From assembly GCA_020722245.1 (NCBI GenBank), contig DYLE01000001.1:1-46753 (forward strand): a stretch of 46,753 nt of DNA, written 5' to 3'. This DNA is from Desulfonema limicola (GTDB lineage: Bacteria; Desulfobacterota; Desulfobacteria; Desulfobacterales; Desulfosalsimonadaceae). A program made the position numbers and the translations under genes. The notes under the pieces were generated by a model. The model did no database searches, was not told the origin of the DNA, and saw nothing but the letters and a program-made list of their open reading frames with translations. Shown piece by piece: positions 32,737-40,880 of this stretch (within the stretch, counting starts at the first letter, position 1; each line of letters starts with the position of its first letter).

Positions 32737-35469
32737 TTAAATTTTAAACAGTTTTCCGATAAGCTGGGATTTCATGACATCCCCCTCGATTTTGAGCTTT
32801 CCGGATGTAAAGGCCTTCATGGGATCCAGCTTTCCGGAAACCATATCCAGAAAATCGGCTTCGGCCATGTTCAAGGTGCAGGTGGGCTTGTCCGCCTTGC
32901 CGGCCTCCACCGTGCACTTGGCGTCCGCAACCTTCACCACCCAGCTGCCGCCGCCGCTTCCGGATATATGATACTGGAAGGTGACGTCCACTCCCGCCGC
33001 GGCAGATGCGTTAAAGGCGGTCGGCATTTTATCAAAGACCTCCTTGACGGTGACTCCGGCAGAGGGCTTTGAGCCGGCCTCTTCTTTTTTCGCGCCACTT
33101 TCTTTGGGCGTCAGCAGGTCAAAGAGCGCTGAATTGAGATCCGTAAACTCCTTGGCGCCCTCCATGGCGCTGATTTTATCGATGTTCTCGTCGATCTGTT
33201 CGGGGGTCGGCGGGTTCTGCGCGTCTCCGAGCTGAACCCCGGCGCTGGTGAGCACCGCGGCCCTGTTGAAGTAGCCCATGCCGGCGTTGAAGATTTTTCC
33301 GGTTTCCGTGCAGTTATCGCTGCACAGATACAACACCATGGGGGCGACGAACTCCGGTTTCATTTTTACGAATATCTCCGGCGGCATGATGTCCTCGGTG
33401 AGCCGGGATCCGGCCAGGGGCGCGATGGTGTTGACCTTGATGTCATACTTCGCCCCTTCCAGCTTTAAGGTGTTCATGAACCCGACCAGGGCCATTTTCG
33501 CCGAGGAGTAGTTGGTTTGTCCGAAATTGCCGTAGAGCCCGGCCGCGGAGGTGGTCATGATGATGCGGCCGAACCCGTTATCCCGCATGACCTTGAAGGC
33601 GGGCTTTGTCACGTTATAGGCGCCGTTTAAATGCACCGCCAGAACCGCCGCCCAGTTTTCCGGTTCCATCTTGACAAAGCTTTTGTCTCTTAGAATGCCG
33701 GCGTTGTTGATCAGGATGTCCACCCGGCCGAAGGCATCCAGGGCGGTTTTTACGATGGCCTCACCGCCTTCGGGGGTGGCGACGTTGTCGTAGCTGGCCA
33801 CGGCCTTGCCGCCCAGATCCTGGATTTCTTTTACGACCTTGTCCGCCGGGGAGCTGGAGCCTGCGCCGGTGCCGTCCCTGGCGCCGCCCAGATCATTGAC
33901 CACCACCGATGCCCCCCGTTTGGCAAGTTCCAGGGCGTAGACCCGTCCGAGACCGCCTCCGGCCCCGGTCACAATGGCCACACGGCCGTCAAACCGGATT
34001 TTTTTCATTTCCTCCGCAGCCCCGGGAATCGGCGCGGCTTTCCAGAAATAGTTGACAAAGCCGCGTTCCTCGTCTTCGTTGCGTTTTCGAAATACCATCT
34101 GTACCGGAAGCCCGACCTTTAACTCCTCCAAGGTGCAGTCCGTAAAGTCGGCCATAAACCGGCCGCCGCCTTCAAACTGAATCATTCCGTATTTATGGGG
34201 CGGCTCAACGGAAACCGCCAGCATGTCTCCGGTAAAGGTTTTAACCTTTGCCGGAATATCCGCGAACTCGTAGTCATCCTGACTGTGCCGGGCGGTGCAC
34301 GCGGGATTGACGCAGACGTCGGTTTTGGGAAACTGCGGCGTTCCACAGACCCGGCATTTGCCGCCCACAAGCCCCAGCAGCATCTTACGCCGTCTCCACA
34401 GGGTCGTCAACGCGGTCTGGGTTTCCGCCTCGGCCCGGATCCCCATTTCCGGATGAAGGAGGTCCCTGAATTTAAGGAATTTGAGGTAATTGTCCGTGGT
34501 TTCCTTATGCTCCAGGGTGCGTTTGAATTTGTTGCGTTCAGGCATCTTGGCGATGTTTGGGGTGACCTCGAAAAGAAACGCGCTGCATCCCTGGCCGAAG
34601 CTGGCCATGACGATCTTATCGCCGGGTTTGGCCTCGTCTAATGCCGCGGTCATCATCAACAGGGGATGGGCGGTACCGGTCTCACCGCAGACCTCATGCA
34701 GGTTGTCGATCACCTTGTCCGGCGAGGCGCCGAGCTTTTTGGCGATGTTTTTGTGCTCCGCCTTGAAGAAACACGGATACACCAGTTTATTGACATCCTG
34801 GATGGTGATATTGAGCTTTTTGAAAAGGCCGTTCACCGCCTCAGGAATGATCTTGGCGTATCCTTCATCCCGGACCCAGCGTTCCTCCCAGGTGTAGTCG
34901 TATTTTTTGAAGGCGCCCCGGTAGTGGTCCACAAAATCATAGGAAACCGAGTAGGACCCCTTGTATTCGGCGATGACATTGGTATCGCCGATCATAAACG
35001 AGGCGGCCCCATCGCCGAACCACATCTCATAAAAATAGGCCGGCTTGGTTTCCCTCTTGTCCGAGGCGGTTACCAGAACGCTTTTTCGTTCCCCTCCTTT
35101 AACCGATTCGAGAGCGCTCAAAAGCGCGTTGGTCCCCGCTTTCTGGGAAGATGTAAAGTCAGAGGTGACGATATCGCTTCTGAGATTCAAGGCGGTGGAG
35201 ACGATCCCGGCGTTCTGACGGTCCGCAAACGGCAGGGTGGTGGAGGCGAGAAACAGGCCGTCGATTTTCTTTTTGTCCATGCCCTTCAAACAATCCCGGG
35301 AGGCCGCCACCGCCATGGTGACGGCGTCTTCGTCCCAGTAGCACATGGAGCGTTCACCCTGGGCCACCATGATCACCGCAGGGGCGAACCATCCGATGCT
35401 CTGGAATATCGACATACGGTTGAGTCTCAAGCGGGGGATATAGGCGCCGTAAGATGTGATTCCAATCAT
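32737..35469 (-). CDS. 910-aa four-domain fusion: HMG-CoA-synthase-like (thiolase-fold) domain, DUF35 Zn-ribbon/OB-fold, MFE-2-type SDR dehydrogenase, SCP2
   Basis: aa 1-345 are HMGCS-like (GITSYGAYIPRLRL, WDEDAVTMA). aa 372-391 are the ribbon CRVCGTPQFPKTDVCVNPAC, followed by the OB part. aa 491-745 carry TGAGGGLGR and YSSAK. The C-terminus is SGKLKIEGDVMKSQLIGKLFKI (SCP2). Confidence 0.88.
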   Translation of the reverse strand: MIGITSYGAYIPRLRLNRMSIFQSIGWFAPAVIMVAQGERSMCYWDEDAVTMAVAASRDCLKGMDKKKIDGLFLASTTLPFADRQNAGIVSTALNLRSDIVTSDFTSSQKAGTNALLSALESVKGGERKSVLVTASDKRETKPAYFYEMWFGDGAASFMIGDTNVIAEYKGSYSVSYDFVDHYRGAFKKYDYTWEERWVRDEGYAKIIPEAVNGLFKKLNITIQDVNKLVYPCFFKAEHKNIAKKLGASPDKVIDNLHEVCGETGTAHPLLMMTAALDEAKPGDKIVMASFGQGCSAFLFEVTPNIAKMPERNKFKRTLEHKETTDNYLKFLKFRDLLHPEMGIRAEAETQTALTTLWRRRKMLLGLVGGKCRVCGTPQFPKTDVCVNPACTARHSQDDYEFADIPAKVKTFTGDMLAVSVEPPHKYGMIQFEGGGRFMADFTDCTLEELKVGLPVQMVFRKRNEDEERGFVNYFWKAAPIPGAAEEMKKIRFDGRVAIVTGAGGGLGRVYALELAKRGASVVVNDLGGARDGTGAGSSSPADKVVKEIQDLGGKAVASYDNVATPEGGEAIVKTALDAFGRVDILINNAGILRDKSFVKMEPENWAAVLAVHLNGAYNVTKPAFKVMRDNGFGRIIMTTSAAGLYGNFGQTNYSSAKMALVGFMNTLKLEGAKYDIKVNTIAPLAGSRLTEDIMPPEIFVKMKPEFVAPMVLYLCSDNCTETGKIFNAGMGYFNRAAVLTSAGVQLGDAQNPPTPEQIDENIDKISAMEGAKEFTDLNSALFDLLTPKESGAKKEEAGSKPSAGVTVKEVFDKMPTAFNASAAAGVDVTFQYHISGSGGGSWVVKVADAKCTVEAGKADKPTCTLNMAEADFLDMVSGKLDPMKAFTSGKLKIEGDVMKSQLIGKLFKI

Positions 35470-35521
35470 TTTTTCTTCTCCTCTTTTTTAGGGTCGTATA
35501 TCGGTTGAACAGGCTATTTAT

Positions 35522-37633
35522 TCATAGCTTAAACAGTTTTCCAATAAGCTGGGATTTCATGACATCCCCTTCGATTTTCAGCTTTCCGGAGGTATAGGCC
35601 TGCATGGCGGGGAGCACCCCGTTGATCATATCCAGAAAATCCTTGTCCGCCATTTTCAGGGTGCAGGTCGGCTTGCTATGCACCCCGGGCTCGATCGTGC
35701 AGGATCCGTCCTTGACGCTGCAGTGCCAGTCCCCGCCGTTGGCCCCCGAGATATGATATTGGAAGACCACGTCTACACCCTTGGCGGCCTCCGGGTTAAA
35801 CGCCGCCGGCATGGCCTTGAACACATCGGCGGTGGAGGTCAGTTTGGCGCCGGCCTCAGCCTGGGGCTTTGCCGGTGCGCTAAAGGCGTTCATGACGTCC
35901 CCCACCTGTTCGTTTAATTCAAAATACAACTTTCCACCCTTCAACGAAGCAACCTTGTCGAACCGGCCGACCACATCTTCCACGGAGGGCGGGTTGACGC
36001 CGTCCCCGATAACCACCCCGGGTCCGGTGATGACCGCGGCCCGGTTGAAGAATCCCATACCGGCGTTATAAATATTCCCGTTGACCTTGCATTTTTCAGA
36101 ACAGAGGTATAGCACCATGGGGGAGACGAATTCCGGCTTCATCTTTTCAAAAAGCTCGGGCGGCATCACGTCCTCGGTCAGGCGGGAGGCCGCGATGGGG
36201 GCGATGGTGTTGACCTTGATGTCGTACTTGGCCCCCTCCAGTTTGAGGGTGTTCATGAAACCCACCAGGCCCATCTTGGCGGAGGAGTAGTTGGTCTGGC
36301 CGAAATTGCCGTAGAGCCCGGCCGCAGAGGTCGTCATGAGGATCCGGCCGTAGCCGTTTTCCCGCATCACCTTGAAAGCGGGGCGGGTCACGTTATACGC
36401 GCCGTTCAGATGAACGTTCAAGACCGCCTGCCAGTTTTCAGGCTCCATTTTCAGAAAACTCTTATCGCGAAGGATCCCCGCGTTGTTGATCAGAATATCG
36501 ACCTTTCCGAATGCGTCTATGGCGGTTTTTACGATGGCCTCACCGCCTTCCGGGGTGGCGACGTTGTCGTAGCTGGCGACCGCCTCCCCGCCCAGCGCCT
36601 TGATCTCTTCCACCACCTTGTCCGCCGGACCCTTGTCCTTGCCGGATCCGTCCCGGGTTCCGCCCAGGTCATTGACCACCACCTTTGCGCCCCGCCTGGC
36701 CAGGTCGAGGGCATAGATCCTTCCGAGGCCGCCTCCGGCGCCGGTGACAATGGCCACCCGTCCGTCAAAACGGATTTCATCCTTGGGCATGTCGCCGTAT
36801 TCAAACAGTCCGTTGGTGATGACCTCCTCACCGGTTTTGGCATTGATGGTTTTCCAGAGGACCTTTCCCTCCTCGATCTTCCAGATCTGCGTCTTGATGG
36901 GGTCGCCGGGATACAGCGGTTTGGAGAACCGGCATTTCAACCGTCTGACCTTTTCCGGCGCTCCGGGAGTCAGGTTTTGCATCAGCGCCCGGCAGGCATA
37001 CCCGTAGGTGCACAGACCGTGCATGATCGGTTTTTCAAAACCCGCCATTTTGGCAAAATCCTGGTCCACGTGAAGGGCGAAGAGATCGCCGGACAACCGG
37101 TAAAGCAGGGGCTGGTTCTGATTGGGATGGGCCTCCACCTCGAAATCCGGCTTTTTTTTCGGAAATTCTAATGTGTCCTTTGGGGCCGCTTCACCGCCGA
37201 ATCCGCCGTCCAGCCGGGCAAAAATGGTCAGCACACTGGTGAAGAGTTTTTTACCGTTCGCATCAAAGGTGTCGCTTTCACCGATGACCAGGGCTCCTTT
37301 CCCCTTTCCCTTGTCGTACATGTGGGTGATTTTTCCTGCGGTGACCAGCTTCCCCTCGGTGGGAATCGGCCGGTGAAAGATCAGATCCTGTTCCCCGTGC
37401 AGGATACCGGCCAGGTTGACGTTGGCGTTGATTCCGATATGGGTCAGAAATTCAAAGATCGAGGCGATGGAAAACGTCGGAATCACCTTCAGGTTTTTCT
37501 CGTAGGTAAACTCGGGTTCTGAATAGCCGGCGCCGATCCCCAGGGCATACAGGATAACATCCTTCCAGGTGTAGTCCTTGGAGATGGGTCCGATGGGTTT
37601 TCCTACCGCGTCAAGGTTAAGCGCCATGTTCAT
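35522..37633 (-). CDS. 703-aa fusion: MaoC-type (R)-specific enoyl-CoA hydratase 2 (double hot-dog), MFE-2-type SDR dehydrogenase, SCP2
   Basis: aa 1-286 carry YRLSGDLFALHVDQDFAKMAGFEKPIMHGLCTYG (hydratase-2 motif variant). aa 287-540 carry TGAGGGLGR and YSSAK. The C-terminal SCP2 ends KLKIEGDVMKSQLIGKLFKL. Confidence 0.9.
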   Translation of the reverse strand: MNMALNLDAVGKPIGPISKDYTWKDVILYALGIGAGYSEPEFTYEKNLKVIPTFSIASIFEFLTHIGINANVNLAGILHGEQDLIFHRPIPTEGKLVTAGKITHMYDKGKGKGALVIGESDTFDANGKKLFTSVLTIFARLDGGFGGEAAPKDTLEFPKKKPDFEVEAHPNQNQPLLYRLSGDLFALHVDQDFAKMAGFEKPIMHGLCTYGYACRALMQNLTPGAPEKVRRLKCRFSKPLYPGDPIKTQIWKIEEGKVLWKTINAKTGEEVITNGLFEYGDMPKDEIRFDGRVAIVTGAGGGLGRIYALDLARRGAKVVVNDLGGTRDGSGKDKGPADKVVEEIKALGGEAVASYDNVATPEGGEAIVKTAIDAFGKVDILINNAGILRDKSFLKMEPENWQAVLNVHLNGAYNVTRPAFKVMRENGYGRILMTTSAAGLYGNFGQTNYSSAKMGLVGFMNTLKLEGAKYDIKVNTIAPIAASRLTEDVMPPELFEKMKPEFVSPMVLYLCSEKCKVNGNIYNAGMGFFNRAAVITGPGVVIGDGVNPPSVEDVVGRFDKVASLKGGKLYFELNEQVGDVMNAFSAPAKPQAEAGAKLTSTADVFKAMPAAFNPEAAKGVDVVFQYHISGANGGDWHCSVKDGSCTIEPGVHSKPTCTLKMADKDFLDMINGVLPAMQAYTSGKLKIEGDVMKSQLIGKLFKL

Positions 37634-37849
37634 TCCTCCTTACTGATATGGGTGAAAGGTTTTGTGGAAAAACAGGTTCGGCATCGTGCGGTGATAAGGT
37701 CCAAAGGCTGTTTATTCATAAGATTAATGTCGGTTGCGGAATATTCTAGTCAATTTATTCCAACAAATGATGGGGAAACTATAAGGCCTTTTTTTCCTCA
37801 TGTCAAAAGTTTTTTTTATTTTTTGCGCCGGCCTTGTCAAAAATCCTTG

Positions 37850-37878
37850 TTGACTTGAAAAGGGTAAATCATTAAAGT
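37850..37878 (+). promoter_or_regulatory. Sigma70-like promoter candidate TTGACT-N17-TAAAGT upstream of the acyl-CoA ligase gene
   Basis: TTGACT at 37850-37855, a 17-nt spacer, TAAAGT at 37873-37878. The perfect 10-bp palindrome caatcgattg at 37901-37910 lies in the predicted leader. Confidence 0.3.
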
Positions 37879-37976
37879 GAGATCAATCAAATGATGGAAA
37901 CAATCGATTGAGGAAATCCGCGCCGTCGTTTTAACCCGATCACCCATGCAGAAGAAAAATCCGGCGGAGTTTACAC

Positions 37977-39677
37977 ATGACAAGCTATGCCCAACGACCC
38001 TGGCTGAAGCACTACGATCCCTGGGTCAGCGGCGAGATTGATGTTCCGAACAAGACCTATACGGATCTTCTGGAAGAGGGGCTTTCCTTTGCGCCCCAGC
38101 GGCCGGCCGTCTATTTTTTCGGAAAAACCATCACCTTTTCAGAGCTGGATGGGCTTTCCGCCCGGTTTGCCGAGTTTTTGACATCCCGCGGCTATGGCCC
38201 CGGCGATGTGGTCGGCATTCACCTGGTCAATATTCCCCAGTACCTCATCGTCCTGGCAGGGAGCCTGCGCGCCGGGTGTGCGGTGTCCGGTGTATCCTTT
38301 CTGCTGACCGCAAACGAAATGGCCCATCAGCTCAACGACTCGGGCGCAAGCCTGCTCGTGACCACGGATGCAAGCTTTGAGGAGAAGCTTTTTGCCATCA
38401 GCGACCGGCTTTCCGGCCTTAAGGATATCGTGGTCACCAACCTCGGTGATTTTTTGCCTCCTGTAAAAAGGCTTCTGGGGAGAATGTTAAAAAAGATACC
38501 TTCCGGAAAGGTTCTTCCGATGCCCGGCAAACAGGTTTTTCATCTTAATCGATTACTCCCTCTTTATTCGGGACGGTTTGAAAAGCCGAAGCTCACGCCC
38601 GAGGATGTCTGTTTGATTCAATATACCGGCGGAACCACCGGGCTTCCCAAGGGAACCCTTCTGACCCATCGGAACATCGTCGCCAATGTGACCCAGGCCC
38701 GGCAATGGACGGACCTAAAGCCTGAAGCTCATGATATCGGCCTGTCTGCGTTTCCTTTTTTTCATCTGGCCGGGCTGATGCTGGGGATGATGGCCTTGAG
38801 TTCTTCCGCGACCCAGTGCCTGATTCCGGATCCCAGGGACACAGGGCATATCTGCAAGCAGCTTCAAAAATACCATCCGACCCTGCTGGCCAATGTACCG
38901 ACCCTTTATCAGATGCTGCTTGCCGAGCCGGGGTTTCATCGCCTGGATTTTTCCGCATGCCGGCTTTGCATCTCCGGGGCCGCCCCCTTTGCCGAGGAGG
39001 CCATCACGGCGCTCGAGTCGGTGGTGGGGAAGGGGAAGGTGATGGAGGTCTATGGAATGACGGAAACCAGCCCCCTCCTCACCATGAACCCGTTCTCCGG
39101 TAAAAAAAAGATCGGCACGGTGGGGATCCCCATTCAAAGCACGCAGGTGAAGCTGGTGGACCTTGAGACCGGCACCCGGGAGGTGCCTGTGGGGGAGGCC
39201 GGAGAGCTGATCGCCCGCGGGCCCCAGGTTATGGCCGGGTATAAGGACAAGCCCGCGGAGACCGACCACGCCCTTCGGGAGTTTGAGGGGGAAAAATGGC
39301 TCTACACCGGGGACGTGGCGGTGATGGACGAGGACGGGTACTTCACCATTGTGGACCGGACCAAGGATATGGTCAACGTAGGGGGGTACAAGGTGTTTTC
39401 GCGGGAGGTGGAGGAGGTGCTCTACCAGCACAAGCAGATCGCCTTCTGCGCCGTTATCGGCAGGCCGAACCCCGGGCGTCCCGGAAGCGAACGGGTCGTC
39501 GCCGTTATTCAACCGGCCGGGGATTTTCAAAAGCTGGATAAACCCCGATTAGAAAAAGAAATTCTGGATTTCTGCCGCAAAACCCTGGCCCCTTACAAGG
39601 TTCCCCGGGTGGTGGAGTTTGTCGAATCCATACCGCTTACCAGCGTCGGCAAGGTGGATAAAAAGGCGCTTCGCTGA
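37977..39677 (+). CDS. AMP-dependent (long/medium-chain or branched) fatty-acid-CoA ligase
   Basis: YTGGTTGLPKG, GYKDKP..T, and the C-terminal PLTSVGKVDKK (A10 Lys within a P-x4-G-K context). Confidence 0.9.
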   Translation: MTSYAQRPWLKHYDPWVSGEIDVPNKTYTDLLEEGLSFAPQRPAVYFFGKTITFSELDGLSARFAEFLTSRGYGPGDVVGIHLVNIPQYLIVLAGSLRAGCAVSGVSFLLTANEMAHQLNDSGASLLVTTDASFEEKLFAISDRLSGLKDIVVTNLGDFLPPVKRLLGRMLKKIPSGKVLPMPGKQVFHLNRLLPLYSGRFEKPKLTPEDVCLIQYTGGTTGLPKGTLLTHRNIVANVTQARQWTDLKPEAHDIGLSAFPFFHLAGLMLGMMALSSSATQCLIPDPRDTGHICKQLQKYHPTLLANVPTLYQMLLAEPGFHRLDFSACRLCISGAAPFAEEAITALESVVGKGKVMEVYGMTETSPLLTMNPFSGKKKIGTVGIPIQSTQVKLVDLETGTREVPVGEAGELIARGPQVMAGYKDKPAETDHALREFEGEKWLYTGDVAVMDEDGYFTIVDRTKDMVNVGGYKVFSREVEEVLYQHKQIAFCAVIGRPNPGRPGSERVVAVIQPAGDFQKLDKPRLEKEILDFCRKTLAPYKVPRVVEFVESIPLTSVGKVDKKALR

Positions 39678-39707
39678 ACCTCATTGATATCGCCAGTGGG
39701 AGGAAAC

Positions 39708-40853
39708 ATGTTGAAAGCAGGAGCTTTAAGCGGAATCACCGTTGTAGACATCTCCCGGCTGCTGCCGGGTCCGTTTTGCACCATGATCCTGGCGGACCAC
39801 GGCGCGCGGGTGATCGCCATTGAGGACCGGCGCTATGCCGCGGAAGCCGGCGCGACCTTTACGGTGCTGCGCAACAAGTCGCACATGACCCTGAACCTGA
39901 AAACAGAGGCCGGCCGCGCCATTTTTTTTGATCTGATCAAAAGAGCCGATGTGATTGTGGAGGGGTTTCGGCCCGGGGTCGCCGGTCGGTTGGGGGTGGA
40001 TTACGAATCCGTGTCCGCAGTGAATTCAAGGATCATCTACTGCTCCATCACCGGCTACGGGCAGAACGGACCCTGCCGGGAGGTGGCCGGCCATGACGTG
40101 AACTATTTAAGCGTCGCCGGTGTTCTGGATCTGATCGGCGAAAAGAACCGCCCTCCGTCCATTCCGGGGATTCAGATCGCGGATCTGACCGGCGGCATGA
40201 ACGCGGTGATCGGGATTCTTCTGGCCCTTTATGCGCGGGAAAAAACCGGAAAAGGGCAGTACATCGATATCTCCATGACCGACGGCAGCCTGAGCCTGAT
40301 GCCGCTGGCCCTGAGCTTTCGGCAGATCACCGGTTCGCCGGTTACGCGTTCGGATTCCATCCTGTCCCATAGGTATGCCTGCTACAACACCTATGAGACC
40401 GCCGATAAACGCTACCTCTCCATCGGCGCCGTGGAAAACCGGTTCTGGAAAAACCTGTGTGAATACTTTGGTGTTCCGGAGTATACCCCTTTGCAGTATG
40501 ATGATTCCCGAAGGGAGGAGATCATCGACTTTTACAGGCGAAAAATCAGGGAAAAAACCCTGGCCCAGTGGGAGAAGGAGTTCTCCCCCCTGGATATCTG
40601 CTGGGGGTCGGTGCGGACCCTGGAAGAGGCCTTGGAATCCTCGCTGTTTCAGGAAAGGGGGATGGTCGTGGAACTGAAAGAAAAAGACGGCCGCAGGTCC
40701 AGGGTGCTGGGAATCCCGGTCAAGCTGAGCCGTACCCCGGGGTCGGTGCGCACGCCTCCGCCGGGTTTCGGTGAGGATACCCATGACATCCTGCGCGAGC
40801 TGGGGTATACGGATGAAAAAATTCGCGACCTCTTCGATCAAGGGGTGGTCTGA
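39708..40853 (+). CDS. Family III CoA-transferase fold, alpha-methylacyl-CoA racemase-like
   Basis: VVDISRLLPGPFCT, AGHDVNYLSVAGVL (compare racemase GHDINYLALSGVL), IQIADLTGG (Asp). ATG 39708 is preferred because GGAGG is 5 nt upstream. Confidence 0.85.
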   Translation: MLKAGALSGITVVDISRLLPGPFCTMILADHGARVIAIEDRRYAAEAGATFTVLRNKSHMTLNLKTEAGRAIFFDLIKRADVIVEGFRPGVAGRLGVDYESVSAVNSRIIYCSITGYGQNGPCREVAGHDVNYLSVAGVLDLIGEKNRPPSIPGIQIADLTGGMNAVIGILLALYAREKTGKGQYIDISMTDGSLSLMPLALSFRQITGSPVTRSDSILSHRYACYNTYETADKRYLSIGAVENRFWKNLCEYFGVPEYTPLQYDDSRREEIIDFYRRKIREKTLAQWEKEFSPLDICWGSVRTLEEALESSLFQERGMVVELKEKDGRRSRVLGIPVKLSRTPGSVRTPPPGFGEDTHDILRELGYTDEKIRDLFDQGVV

Positions 40854-40880
40854 AAATATTATCATAAAGGGAAGAAATCA

